Positions 51,801 to 62,982 of a stretch of 64,000 bases of DNA are shown piece after piece. Made by a program: the position numbers and the translations under genes. The stretch comes from a virus (Duplodnaviria; Heunggongvirae; Uroviricota; Caudoviricetes): positions 1 through 64,000 of the IMG/VR virus record IMGVR_UViG_2974549561_000001. One strand, 5' to 3'. Below the pieces are notes generated by a model. That model was not told where the DNA came from, made no database searches, and saw only the letters and a list, made by a program, of their open reading frames with translations. Within the stretch, counting starts at the first letter, position 1. The number at the start of each line of letters is the position of its first letter.

Positions 51801-54800
51801 CCGCATTCCGCTACGTGATGACACCGTAGATGAGCATGCACAGGATATGCTTTATGACTTCGTTGCCGCCGGACGCGTAGCCAGCGCAATGGACTCCGAC
51901 TCCCACCGCAAAGAGGCCGCGCGTCGCCGGGTATTGTCGGAGTATTCAGATACCGGCACCGAAAAAGCAGAGAAGTATCCGTACTTTGAGGATATGGGCT
52001 TCGATAGTGTGATCGCTGACGAAGGTCACAACTACCGCAATAGCTATAAAAATGGTCGCGAAGCGTCACAACTGGCCTATCTGCCCACCAGCGCGGTGGC
52101 GCAATCGGCGCGAGATATGGCAATTAAAAACGCGTACCTGATGAAAAAGAATGGTGGGCGCGGGCCGGTTCTCCTGACTGCAACGCCAGTCGTTAACACC
52201 CCGATCGATGCATACAACATGCTTTCTCATGTTCTGCCGAAGGAATACTGGCAGAACATGGGGATCTACGGTCCTGATGACTTCGTTAAATTCTTCGGCA
52301 AGACCAGGCTGGAAACGGTACAGAAAATTAGCGGTGAAGTTGAAGAAAAAATGGCGCTGGTGGGCTTTGAAAACCTTGATGCGCTGCGCGGTATATTCCA
52401 TCGCTGGGTAACGCTTAAAACGGCGGAAGACGTTAAGGATACCGTGGAGATCCCGGAGCTGGACGAACACCAGCAGGATGCACCACTTACTGAAGAACAA
52501 CTGGCGGCGTATGAAGAATTGCGTCAGCAGGCGGAAGCGGCGGCCAAAGCCAACAATGGCGTAACGACCTCGGTCAATGAAGACGGCGTGATTGAGCACG
52601 AGAAAGCCCGTCCGATCTTCTCAATAATCAGGGATATGGACCGCGTATGTACTGACATGGACCTGTACTATCGCCGGATCACCTATCGTTTCCTGCCGGA
52701 GTACGCCGATGCGGTGCAGCAGCTGGCGGACAGTTTGCCTAAACAAGCCACCAGCGAAGACGACGACAGTGATGATTCAATCACGCAGCAATCGCAATAC
52801 TCCCTGATAGATAAGGGCGAGTTTATTCAGTTGCAGGTTCCGGAAGCGTTCGAGCAGGAAGTGAATAAGCGCCTGGCCAGGTTTGGCATTGACGAACAGA
52901 CCGTAACTCACCCCGTTACGCCCAAATACGCGAAGCTGATTGCCACGCTGAAGGAGTTTTTCCCGGAAGGTAAGCAAATCATCTTCACCGATGAAAAAAC
53001 GCAGCACCAGAAGCTCAAGCGCATTATCTGCAATGCTCTTAACCTTGAACCTTCAAAGGTGGGGATACTGAATGCTCAGACGGTTGCCGAGGCAGGTAAA
53101 ACCGGTAAGAAACTGAAAGCGGTTAAACCGCCGAAAGAGTTACCGGATGAACCAACAGATGCACAGATAGCGAAATACAACGAGCAAATGGCTCTGTATG
53201 ACGCCTATATCGCGCAGCAAAATGAAATGTCGCTGGGCGGGCTGGAAAAGATTGCTGCCGACTTCCAGGAGGGACGGACTCCGATCATCATCTGCAACAA
53301 AAAGGCAGAGGTGGGTATCAACCTGCATCGAGGAACGACTGACATCCATCATCTGACGTAGCCATGGACACCAGCCAGTATCGCACAGCGTAACGGTCGC
53401 GGTGCCCGAGTTGGCTCCAACCGTGCAAGCGTTCGCGTTCACTACTACTGCGGCAAGGGTTCTTTCGATGAATACCGACTGAAGACGCTGAAGCGTAAAG
53501 CAGGCTGGATCTCCGATATCCTCCGTTCAGATAAGTCAGAAATGGAGAACGCCGACGCCAACGATATGATCGAAATGCAGATGTATACCGCTAAGGATGA
53601 TGGCGAACGTCTGGCAATGATGCAGGTTCAAATGGATAAGGCGAAAGCCGCGCAACGCGCTCGCCAGAAAGAACAGGCTACTATCGACCTTCAGAACTAC
53701 ATCAAGGCGCAGCACGCAGCTGGCGAGGATGTGGAGGTACTTACCGCTGAATTAGAGCGAAGCAAAGCGGAACTTGAAAAGACCACCGCCGAGGTAGCTA
53801 AATTCAAACAGGCGGTAATGGCCAAAGCAGCTGATAACGCAGACTGGAAAGCCCGCTGGGGTAGCGTCCATCACACAGACCGTATGTTGTTAGCACAGTA
53901 TCGCGCGTCGTTGAAAAGCGCCATTCAACGCAAGGCTAATATCTCTCAAGCCATCTCCCGCTATGAGAAATTATTGAACCGTACTCAGAAGGCCGCGACG
54001 GATATCAAACGCCTGCGCCCGCTGGTGGAGGATGCAATAAATAAAGGCATTCTGGATGTAGATCCTGACCTGGTTAACCATGCGAGTGAGTTCCTTGTTA
54101 TCGGCGATCGCTCATGGCGTGTAGGCCAATACTACGATTGTGCCGGTGATATCGTTCGCATTAAGTCGCTGGACTTCGACAGCCAGCGCGCAGACGTGGA
54201 GATTATCTTTACCTTCAAAGGTACCAAATCGGGTAACTGGGATGTGAAGACGCTGGATAAACAGGTTGATGTAACTCCCGATGAAGATGCTGTTATGCAG
54301 AAAATCAGTGGCGGCGTCTCCATCGCCGGGATTAACGACATCATTTCCTGTGACGATTTCTACCGTTTCCAGCAGCGCGGCATGATCAAAATCACTGACT
54401 CATACGGCGTTCAGACTACAGAGTCAGGCTATAGCATTGATTTTGTTGGTACCTATACGGACCCACTGAAGCATGCGGTTTACCCGGATCGCCGTGACGG
54501 CGCGCTGAAGTCGTCAATTGCAAAATGGGTGCTTGGTATGATGTCGGAAGGGAATAACCGCCAGATCCGTTCGGCAGAAACATTCCTGGTTGAATTGTTT
54601 GGCTCCAATTATGGCGATGTAATCGCGTCATACGGAGATACGCTATCCCCTGAAGCAATTCAGGAGAAAATAGCGGATGCGATCGCCAGAATGCCGGAAA
54701 AAACAAGCCAGGGGGCTACTCGTAACGGGGATTCTGAACTTGAAGTCACCAATGCCATTTTCGGTACCAATGAGTTCCGGGCGTCAGATTATGAGATCAC

Positions 54801-55632
54801 CACAGCACAGTTTGGCACCATTGGCATTTACAGCAATAAAGCCGAGATCAAGCAGGCAATGGACTCAGCAAGCGCGCGCATCGCAGCAGAACGGGAAGCC
54901 AATCTGAATCATGCAGTCGCCGCGCTGACTCAATCGTGGGTAACAGCAATCAGGGAGGCCGCCACCACAGGGAAAATCACACCTGCAATAGCGGATGTCG
55001 TAAACGACGGCTCTAAATTTATGGATGCCTATCAAATGGATGCGGTGAAGTTGCCATCAGCCTATGGTCAACTCAGCTATCGCATGACCTACAACCTGGT
55101 ATCAATGTTTTCCGACCTTGCCATCCTTGGGCTGGTGGATCTTAACGAGGTTACGCCGGAATTGCTCAGCATGCGCAAGAATCATGTGGAGATATTGCAG
55201 AGAATTAACACGGTTCTTGCTGGGCGCACCGATGAAGAGAAACAGGCCGACGCTGATCGGATAAACCTAGCCCTTGGCAACATCACGGAGGAAGAGATTG
55301 CCGCCAGAAACGAGAAACAAGAAGAGTTATCATCAATACAGGGTGATGCCACCAGCATAGCTCAGTCTCTTGGTCTGAATTATCGCGTATCCACCGCCGA
55401 CCTGAAGATGATGTACGCACCAAAATTCGCCGCTGGCGAGGTATTTGGGCTTCAGGAAGCCTCAGGCATGAAAGGCGTTCTTTTCCGTGCGAAAGACGCA
55501 ATCAAGGCGAAATTCGGCGCTCGCTGGCTGCCAGCGAAGGCGAAGAACAGCGATTTCCCGGGTAACTGGTGGATTATCGAGACAAAACACAACGTGGCGG
55601 ACGTTCTGGCCGTCATCCAACAATACGCATAA
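48865..55632 (+). pseudogene. darB: darB (methyltransferase-helicase antirestriction protein) with one in-frame TAG at 53359-53361
   Basis: ORFs 48865..53361 and 53542..55632 are in the same frame; total 2255 codons equals P1 DarB length; N-terminal MTase motif VVGNVPFGG, helicase motif HHLT*PWTPASIAQRNGRGAR spans the stop. Confidence 0.8.
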
Positions 55633-55665
55633 CAGGAGCGCCCGGTTCGCCGGGCGTCGCATAAT

Positions 55666-56106
55666 ATGGCCACACTATCTGATACAATAAAACCGAATAA
55701 AACATATCTTGAGGCGGTACTCCGTACAGCGTTGTTAGGAAAGACAGAAGACGAATACGTTGATTTCTTCCTGTCAGGGCTACGCGGGCGATTACTGAAA
55801 AATCCCCGCCTGTACCGCAGCTATGGTCCATACTGGCCGGAAATTAAAAAATTATTACTGGAGCGCGGTTATGGTAATTTCGGTCGTCTCGTTGACCGTG
55901 ACGTTCGCAAAATTTACCGTTATGACCGCCCGGCGCTAACACTCATAGCCGCGACGCTCTACAGCCAGGAGCGTTTTGATAATGGTCAGATATACTCAGC
56001 CTGGCATTTACTGCCAGTGCCTGAAGAAGTTGACGACCAGGACTATGAGTTTGAGTCTTACGATTTGGAAGTTGAAGCCTTGGCACAGGCTGGAGAGAAA
56101 ACTTGA
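55666..56106 (+). CDS. ulx: Ulx-like hypothetical protein
   Basis: 146 aa after darB; synteny only. Confidence 0.45.
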   Translation: MATLSDTIKPNKTYLEAVLRTALLGKTEDEYVDFFLSGLRGRLLKNPRLYRSYGPYWPEIKKLLLERGYGNFGRLVDRDVRKIYRYDRPALTLIAATLYSQERFDNGQIYSAWHLLPVPEEVDDQDYEFESYDLEVEALAQAGEKT

Positions 56107-56351
56107 AAAAGCGATACTACACAGTAAAGCATGGGACGCTACGAGCATTACAAGAGTTTGCTGATAAGCATAACGTTGAGGTGCGCAGGGAAGGGGGAAG
56201 TAAAGCTCTGCGCATGTACCGTCCGGACGGGAAATGGCGTACGGTCGTCGATTTCAAAACTAACAGCGTTCCCCAGGGCGTCCGCGACCGGGCATTCGAA
56301 GAATGGGAGCAGATCATCATAGATAACGCATTGCTCCTGAATGCTGATTAA
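56103..56351 (+). CDS. lxc: Lxc/Bof-like C1 co-repressor modulator, TTG start
   Basis: 82 codons with GGAGAG SD; size, TTG start and position match P1 lxc as I recall. Confidence 0.5.
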   Translation: MKKRYYTVKHGTLRALQEFADKHNVEVRREGGSKALRMYRPDGKWRTVVDFKTNSVPQGVRDRAFEEWEQIIIDNALLLNAD

Positions 56352-56388
56352 ATCTTTGGCTATGCCTGGCTAAGCCAGGCATAGGAAT

Positions 56389-57519
56389 TTACACAGTATC
56401 AATGTGTCTGCTAAGGAATCTCCCGAACTGATTTGTTGACCCAAAATAGTTAGGATAAGCCTTTTTAAGAGATTTAATGTTGTTAGTGGCAAGCAGCACC
56501 GCAATTAATACTTCAGGATCCGCATCATCCTTATTAAGTTCCTGGAGGGCTTGTTCCGATTCTTTTTTCCTAAAAGGTTTCACAGAAACAAGAAACTTTC
56601 CAGTATCCTTGCCATTTTTTGTTATGGCGTTTCTCATCCTCACCAAAAAGAATCCATTATGGTTTTTGGGCAGGCTTTTCTTTAGGTTTGCATCTGATGT
56701 CAGCTTCATTGCAAATGTATATGTACTTAATTTTGAGCGAACAGATAAAGCCTCCTCCAATGTTTTAAGCTCTGTTTGATAATTTTTGATGGTTTCATCA
56801 TCAAGAATACAGGCACCTTCATCATGAGCAACTAGGCATCCAGAAAGATAAAAAAATCTTCTCCACTCAGGGTGACCTTCATTAGAAGTTTTCAGCTTAA
56901 TATTTTCAAGTGTATCTATTATCTCCAGACTTGTTGCCCAAGCATGTTGGAGTTCTGTTCTTAGTTGTACTTCGATTTTAGTTTTACTCCACGGATTGTT
57001 ACCGTTTTCTTCATCAAAACAACTATATGCAAGGTGAATGCCACTATATCCGCTTGGCTTTGGAGTTAAATAGTCATATTCCTTTAAGATTTTATGCTTG
57101 GAGCGACTTTTAACTAGTCGGTCTTTTAGTTTCTTTAGTTGTTCGATGTTTCTAACTATAGCTCTACATCCGCCAATATCCTGCATTCTAGTAAGGGCTA
57201 TTGCATTATTTGTTGCGCCGCCGTCAAGACTTGGACGCTCCAGTTTATCAATTATTGTGCTAAGTCTTTTTAGGCGTCTTGCAACAATAATCTTATTCTC
57301 TTTATCAACTTTTTTTGCAGCCCTATCAAGATGATTTTTCATTAGCATCAATGGATATAAATGAAGCTCGCGGAAATTTTGAATCATTTTAATTGCTTCT
57401 TCTCGCTCTGCGCCCTCACAACCATGTCTAATTTTTCTGGCTGCTTTTTCTATTTGAGATTTCGAATATTTAAGCTCGCATTTTTGGCTTTGATATACTT
57501 CACTGCCCATTACTAACAT
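56389..57519 (-). CDS. CapRel-like fused toxin-antitoxin (RelA/SpoT toxSAS domain plus C-terminal regulatory domain)
   Basis: DIGGCRAIV, YSGIHLAY and EVQLRTELQHAWA motifs of the RelA/SpoT synthetase fold in the N-terminal two-thirds; about 130-aa C-terminal extension; start codon ambiguous (TTG 57528, ATG 57519/57510). Confidence 0.6.
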   Translation of the reverse strand: MLVMGSEVYQSQKCELKYSKSQIEKAARKIRHGCEGAEREEAIKMIQNFRELHLYPLMLMKNHLDRAAKKVDKENKIIVARRLKRLSTIIDKLERPSLDGGATNNAIALTRMQDIGGCRAIVRNIEQLKKLKDRLVKSRSKHKILKEYDYLTPKPSGYSGIHLAYSCFDEENGNNPWSKTKIEVQLRTELQHAWATSLEIIDTLENIKLKTSNEGHPEWRRFFYLSGCLVAHDEGACILDDETIKNYQTELKTLEEALSVRSKLSTYTFAMKLTSDANLKKSLPKNHNGFFLVRMRNAITKNGKDTGKFLVSVKPFRKKESEQALQELNKDDADPEVLIAVLLATNNIKSLKKAYPNYFGSTNQFGRFLSRHIDTV

Positions 57520-57622
57520 CCAGTTCAAATGATTAATGTGTTGTTACATATAATAACAAATCAAGCTAGAAATCAATGGGTATGAAAATGAAACATACCC
57601 ATAATGTTACCTAACGTAACTA

Positions 57623-58264
57623 TTATAAATAGTTCTGTTTACCTGTTAATTCTCCTTGCGGCACTTGTTTTTGCGTTAGTGTTTGAGTTCCGCGAATTAT
57701 GTTAATCAGGGGACTTAGTAATGATGGTTCCTGATGGGCCTCAACTTCTCCAGCCATTGCCCTGATGTAGTCGGCGCTGGCAACGTTGTTGTATTCCGTC
57801 GCAAAGCAACATAGTAACGTCAGAACATGTTCTGTCGTTATTTCGCTCCAGTTGATGTTGAAAAATTCATCGCCTTTTTTATCGTGTTCGGAATCGAAGA
57901 TGCTTTGGTGAAGGATGTATTTGCCGGATTCCTTGCGCGGTAACTTGATCGCTTTCTGGCGTTCCAATTCCTTGTAAATCTGCATTGCTTCAATCAGTAC
58001 CGGTCTGCCGTTCATGAAGGGATCACGCAACCTTACACGCTGGCCAACTCGACCGGTAATAAAGCTGTTTTCCTCTTCCACCAGCACGATAAAACCCTTT
58101 TCCTCTTTTTCTCGCAATTCGCGCAGCAGCTGGAGTTCCATATCGCGGCGGCGTTCAGGGTAGCTGGTCCGCTCAGCCATTATCAGCTCATTGTTGATCC
58201 ATGCAGCAGTCATTGACGCCGGTTTGCCGACGCTCATTGAAACAACGCATATTTTCTTATCCAT
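57623..58264 (-). CDS. ref: Ref-like protein (recombination enhancement function position)
   Basis: 213 aa from ATG 58264 (185 aa from a later ATG); charged N-terminus, His-rich HQSIFDSEHD...NINWSEITTEH segment; operator-like site upstream. Confidence 0.4.
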   Translation of the reverse strand: MDKKICVVSMSVGKPASMTAAWINNELIMAERTSYPERRRDMELQLLRELREKEEKGFIVLVEEENSFITGRVGQRVRLRDPFMNGRPVLIEAMQIYKELERQKAIKLPRKESGKYILHQSIFDSEHDKKGDEFFNINWSEITTEHVLTLLCCFATEYNNVASADYIRAMAGEVEAHQEPSLLSPLINIIRGTQTLTQKQVPQGELTGKQNYL

Positions 58265-58445
58265 AGCGCCCCTACAAAAAAGAAAAGCCACCAGCGGCGG
58301 CTTAGCAATACAACTGAAGGTAGCGCCCGGTACTCAGACTGTGCCGTCCATGGAATATTTGAAAAGGGATCCATCCGTACCGGGCGTGTGATGATTCTGA
58401 CTCAAGTCACTTGTCAGTTGTCAATCATTTAAGATTAAAAATAAT

Positions 58446-58462
58446 ATATTTATTAGTGCATG
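58446..58462. promoter_or_regulatory. weak C1 operator-like site (Op2 position)
   Basis: ATATTTATTAGTGCATG, 13/17 to reverse complement of consensus. Confidence 0.35.
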
Positions 58463-58479
58463 ATGTTTGCCATTTCATA

Positions 58480-58517
58480 GGGGAGCCCGCAGAATTCGGA
58501 AAAAATCGTACGCTAAG
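58480..58517. repeat. Tn1721-type 38-bp terminal inverted repeat
   Basis: GGGGAGCCCGCAGAATTCGGAAAAAATCGTACGCTAAG read directly; tnpA stop lies inside it. Confidence 0.85.
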
Positions 58518-61479
58518 GTTTTCCGGGCATCCGTAAGGGCCGAAACTTCCCGTCTTCCAGTCTGCGGCTCTGCCGCCAGACGTAATCGCCGGTTAGGTTG
58601 ATGTGCTCCCAGCCCAGCGGCGACAGGAATTGCAGCAGCTCGCCGTCCACCGGCTTGCCGGCCTCGACCAACCCCTGGGTGGCGCGTTCCAGGTACACCG
58701 TGTTCCACAGCACGATAGCCGCCGTCACCAGGTTGAGGCCGCTGGCCCGGTAGCGCTGCTGCTCGAAGCTCCGATCCCTGATTTCCCCAAGGCGGTTGAA
58801 GAACACCGCCCTGGCCAGCGAGTTGCGCGCCTCACCTTTGTTCAGGCCGGCATGCACGCGGCGGCGCAGTTCAACACTTTGCAGCCAGTCCAGGATGAAC
58901 AGCGTGCGCTCGATCCGGCCCAGCTCGCGCAGGGCCACGGCCAGTCCGTTCTGGCGCGGGTAGCTGCCGAGCTTGCGCAGCATCAGCGAGGCGGTGACGG
59001 TGCCCTGCTTGATCGAGCTGGCCAGGCGCAGGATGTCGTCCCAGTGGGCACGCACGTGCTTGATGTTCAGGGTGCCGCCGATCAGCGGGCGCAACGTCGG
59101 GTAGGCTTGCACGCCCTGCGGCACGTACAGCTTGGTTTCGCCGAGGTCGCGGATGCGCGGCGCGAAGCGGAAGCCTAGCAGGTGCATCAGGGCAAAGACG
59201 TGATCGGTGAAGCCGGCCGTGTCGGTGTAGTGCTCCTCGATCCGCAGGTCGGACTCGTGGTACAGCAGGCCGTCGAGCACATAGGTGGAATCGCGGACGC
59301 CGACATTCACCACGCGGGTGCTGAACGGCGCGTACTGGTCGGAGATATGGGTATAGAACAGCCGTCCCGGCTCGCTACCGTACTTCGGGTTGACGTGCCC
59401 GGTGCTCTCGCCCCGGCCACCCGCGCGGAAGCGCTGGCCATCGGAGGATGAGGTCGTGCCGTCGCCCCAGTGGGCGGCAAAGGCGTGGCGATACTGGTGG
59501 TTGACCAGCTCGGCCAAGGCCGCCGAATAGGTTTCGTCGCGGATGTGCCAGGCTTGCAGCCAGGACAGCTTGGCGTAGGTCAGGCCGGGGCTCGACTCGG
59601 CCATCTTGGTCAGCCCGAGGTTGATCGCATCACCGAGGATTGCGGACAGCAGCAACGTCCTGTCTTTGGCCTCGGCCCCGTCCTTCAAGTGGGTGAAGTG
59701 GCGGCTGAAGCCCGTCCAGTCGTCCACGTCCATCAGCAGTTCGGTGATCTTGATGCGCGGCAGTAACTGGCTGGTTTGGTCGATCAGCGCCTGCGCCCGA
59801 TCCGGCACCGCCGCATCCAGCGGGGTGATTTTCAGCCCTGACTCGGTGAGGATGGCATCGGGCAGCTCGTTGTCCTTGGCCAGGCGGGTGACGGTGGCCA
59901 ACTGCTCGTCCAGCAGCTGCAAACGCTCTTCCAGGTACTGGTCGCTGTTCGGGTTGATCGCCAGGGGCAGGGCCTGCTCGCGCTTGAGTGCGGCGAACTT
60001 CTCGGCCGGCAGCAGGTAGTCGTCGAAGTCGCGGAACTGCCGCGAGCCCTTGACCCAGATGTCGCCGGAGCGCAGGGCGTTCTTCAGCTCGGACAGGGCG
60101 CAGATTTCGTAGAATTTCCGGTCGAGGCCTTCCGGGGTGATCACCAGCGGCTTCCAGCGCGGCTTGATGAAGGCCGTGGGTGCATCGGCCGGCACCTTGC
60201 GCAGGTTGTCGGCGTTCATCTCACGCAGGGTCTGCACGGCTGCCAGCACGCCTTGCGCGGCCGGCGCGGCGCGCAGTTCCAGCACCTCCAGCAAGGCCGG
60301 CGTGTAACGGCGCAGGGTGGCGAAGTTCTCGCCGACCAGGTGCAGGTGGTCGAAGCCTTCCGGCCGGGCCAGCAGCTCGGCCTCGCTGACGCTCTCGGTG
60401 AACTCGTCCCAGGGAATCACCGCCTCGATGGCGGCATAGGGGTCGCTGCCGCTTTCCTTCGCTTCCAGCAGCGCCTGGCCGATCCTGGAGTACAGGCGCA
60501 CCTTGTCGTTGATCGCCTTGCCCTGCTTCTGGAACTGCTGCTGATGCTTGTGCTTCGCGCCGCTGAACAGCTTGACCAGGATGCGGTCATGCAGATCGAC
60601 CAGCTCATCGATCACGGTCGCGGTGCTCTCCAGCACCACGGCGGCCAGGGTCGCGTAGCGGCGCTGCGGCTCGAACTTACCGAGGTCTTTGGGCGTCATC
60701 TGCCCACCCTCGCGGGCCAGCTTGAGCAGGCGGTTCTGGTGGATGTGCCGGCCCAGGCCTTCGGGCAAGTCCACCAACTGAAATGTCTTCAGCCGCTCGA
60801 TGTGTTCCAGCATGTGCCGAGAGTTGGGTTTCAGCGGTGCCTGGCGCAGCCAGGTCAACCAGGTGATGCTGCTGCCGGCCTTGAGCTTCAACAGCTCGTC
60901 CAGCTTGGCCCGATGCGAGTCCGTGAGTGGTTCGACCAGGGCGCGGTAGACCCGCCGATTGGCTCGCGCAATGGCTTCCGAGCAGGCCCGGTCAATCACG
61001 CTCAGCGCCGGCAGGATGCGTCGTTTCTGCCGTAGGCTCTCCAGGGCCTGACCGGCCAGCAGCAAGCCTTTGTCGGTCTGCTGGGCCAGCTCGGTTAGCT
61101 CGCGCACCAGGGCGCGGAAGTCGGACAGGCCGAACGGGGCCAGTTGCAGGTAGGTGCGCAGTTCCTGGGCATGCTCGCGACGGGTCACGTCGCGCTCGCC
61201 GTACTTTGCCCAGCTCGCCGGCTCGGCCTGGACTTGCTTCGCCACCCACAGGATGACCGGCTCGGGCAGCTCGCTGTCGGTTCCCAGCGCGTAACCGGGG
61301 TAGCGCAGCAGGCAGAGCTGCACGGCGAAGCCGAGGCGGTTGGCGTCGCCGCGTCGCTGGCGGATCAGCGACAGGTCGGAGTCGTTGAAGGTGTAGTAGC
61401 GGATCAGGTCATCCTGGCTTTCCGGCAGCGCAAGCAGGGTGTCCCGCTCCGTGGCCGAGAGGATCAAGCGACGCGGCAT
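58513..61479 (-). CDS. tnpA: Tn3-family transposase TnpA
   Basis: 988 aa; closely resembles Tn21/Tn1721 TnpA from memory. Confidence 0.95.
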   Translation of the reverse strand: MPRRLILSATERDTLLALPESQDDLIRYYTFNDSDLSLIRQRRGDANRLGFAVQLCLLRYPGYALGTDSELPEPVILWVAKQVQAEPASWAKYGERDVTRREHAQELRTYLQLAPFGLSDFRALVRELTELAQQTDKGLLLAGQALESLRQKRRILPALSVIDRACSEAIARANRRVYRALVEPLTDSHRAKLDELLKLKAGSSITWLTWLRQAPLKPNSRHMLEHIERLKTFQLVDLPEGLGRHIHQNRLLKLAREGGQMTPKDLGKFEPQRRYATLAAVVLESTATVIDELVDLHDRILVKLFSGAKHKHQQQFQKQGKAINDKVRLYSRIGQALLEAKESGSDPYAAIEAVIPWDEFTESVSEAELLARPEGFDHLHLVGENFATLRRYTPALLEVLELRAAPAAQGVLAAVQTLREMNADNLRKVPADAPTAFIKPRWKPLVITPEGLDRKFYEICALSELKNALRSGDIWVKGSRQFRDFDDYLLPAEKFAALKREQALPLAINPNSDQYLEERLQLLDEQLATVTRLAKDNELPDAILTESGLKITPLDAAVPDRAQALIDQTSQLLPRIKITELLMDVDDWTGFSRHFTHLKDGAEAKDRTLLLSAILGDAINLGLTKMAESSPGLTYAKLSWLQAWHIRDETYSAALAELVNHQYRHAFAAHWGDGTTSSSDGQRFRAGGRGESTGHVNPKYGSEPGRLFYTHISDQYAPFSTRVVNVGVRDSTYVLDGLLYHESDLRIEEHYTDTAGFTDHVFALMHLLGFRFAPRIRDLGETKLYVPQGVQAYPTLRPLIGGTLNIKHVRAHWDDILRLASSIKQGTVTASLMLRKLGSYPRQNGLAVALRELGRIERTLFILDWLQSVELRRRVHAGLNKGEARNSLARAVFFNRLGEIRDRSFEQQRYRASGLNLVTAAIVLWNTVYLERATQGLVEAGKPVDGELLQFLSPLGWEHINLTGDYVWRQSRRLEDGKFRPLRMPGKP

Positions 61480-61482
61480 GTG

Positions 61483-62043
61483 TCAGTCGTCCGTGCGGAG
61501 GTACTGGTAGAGGGTTTCCCGGCTGATGTTGAACTCGCGGGCAAGCTGCGCCTTGGGCTCGCCGGCCGTCGCTCGCTGCCGCAGGGTAGCAGCCTGCTCA
61601 TCGGACAGGGCTTTCTTGCGGCCCCGGTACGCGCCACGCTGCTTGGCCAAGGCGATGCCCTCACGCTGCCGCTCGCGGATCAGGGCGCGCTCGAACTCAG
61701 CGAAGGCCCCCATCACCGACAGCATCAGGTTGGCCATCGGCGAGTCCTCGCCAGTGAACACCAGGCCCTCCTTCAGGAACTCGATGCGCACGCCGCGCTG
61801 AGTCAGCTTCTGTACCAAGCGACGCAGGTCATCGAGGTTGCGGGCCAGCCGATCCATGCTATGCACCACCACTGTATCGCCTTCGCGGACGAAGCTCAGC
61901 AGCGCTTCGAGCTGGGGGCGCTGGGTGTCCTTGCCCGATGCCTTGTCGGTGAACACCTTGCTCACCTGGGTTTGTTCCAGCTGGCGTTCCGGGTTCTGGT
62001 CAAAGCTGCTGACCCGGACGTAGCCGATGCGGTGCCCCTGCAC
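61483..62043 (-). CDS. tnpR: serine resolvase TnpR
   Basis: 186 aa; MQGHRIGYVRVSSFDQNPERQ N-terminus typical of Tn1721/Tn21 resolvases. Confidence 0.95.
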   Translation of the reverse strand: MQGHRIGYVRVSSFDQNPERQLEQTQVSKVFTDKASGKDTQRPQLEALLSFVREGDTVVVHSMDRLARNLDDLRRLVQKLTQRGVRIEFLKEGLVFTGEDSPMANLMLSVMGAFAEFERALIRERQREGIALAKQRGAYRGRKKALSDEQAATLRQRATAGEPKAQLAREFNISRETLYQYLRTDD

Positions 62044-62200
62044 GATGTCTCCTTGGTTGAAGGCGGCTTAAGTGCACTTTCTGTTCCGTTGTGCCTCAAA
62101 GCCCATTTCTGTCAGGCTGAAATCTATAACCTTCGCGGGCATGTGTCAAAAAATGGGAAAGCAGACTCTATTCTGACGAAGCGGCGCGGCCCTGCCTGAC
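62044..62200. other. res (resolution) site region
   Basis: intergenic region between divergent tnpR and mcp, where res lies in Tn21-subgroup elements; subsites not mapped. Confidence 0.45.
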
Positions 62201-62352
62201 ATCAAGTTAGGGTATAGCCTAGATTGACATGCGCGATGCAACCCTTAACTTGCTTGCACCTATCGTTTCCATGCTAGCTTTATCGTAACGCTCAAGAAAT
62301 TGGGCTTAATGCCGAAAACAATAAAATAAAACAGCCAACCCTTGAGGTTCTT

Positions 62353-62982
62353 ATGCGCCAGAATTTACCAGTGACGGGTCGAAACTTAGAACTCCCAAAA
62401 GATGCCAATATTCTTTCGACTACCTCCCCTCAAAGCCATATCACGTACGTTAATCCTGACTTCATTAAAATCAGTGGTTTCACTGAGGAAGAACTATTAG
62501 GCCAGCCTCACAACATCGTAAGACACCCAGATATGCCGCCTGCTGCATTTGAGCATATGTGGAGTACATTAAAATCTGGCCGCTCATGGATGGGGCTAGT
62601 AAAAAATCGCTGTAAAAATGGCGACCACTATTGGGTAAGTGCTTATGTAACGCCAATAGCTAAGAATGGTTCGATTGTTGAATACCAGTCTGTAAGGACC
62701 AAGCCTGAACCTGAGCAGGTTTTGGCTGCGGAAAAATTATATGCTCAATTGAGAAGCGGGAAGGCCGCGAGGCCGAAATTGGCTGCTAGCTTTTCCGTGA
62801 AAATACTCTTGCTCATGTGGGGTAGTATTATATCAAGCGCAATGGCTGCCGGCATGCTTACTGATACATCAATAAGCAGCTTATTGTTACCAGGAATCAA
62901 CGCCTTTACCCGCTGCCGGAGCCTCACCTCAATAGCACTCTCCGGCAGCCGTATTGTTACAGCGAATCAAACTGATAGCTGA
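62353..62982 (+). pseudogene. 5' fragment of the Tn1721 methyl-accepting chemotaxis protein gene
   Basis: PAS-like N-terminal domain; ORF stops after 209 codons where composition changes and a convergent receptor gene begins. Confidence 0.65.

Noticed and set aside
58603-62199. Numerous plus-strand ORFs inside the Tn1721-like block (58603..59178, 59470..59766, 60253..61035, 61144..62199 and others)
   Set aside because: All are antisense to tnpA/tnpR in GC-rich DNA, where long spurious ORFs are expected; none shows recognisable motifs.
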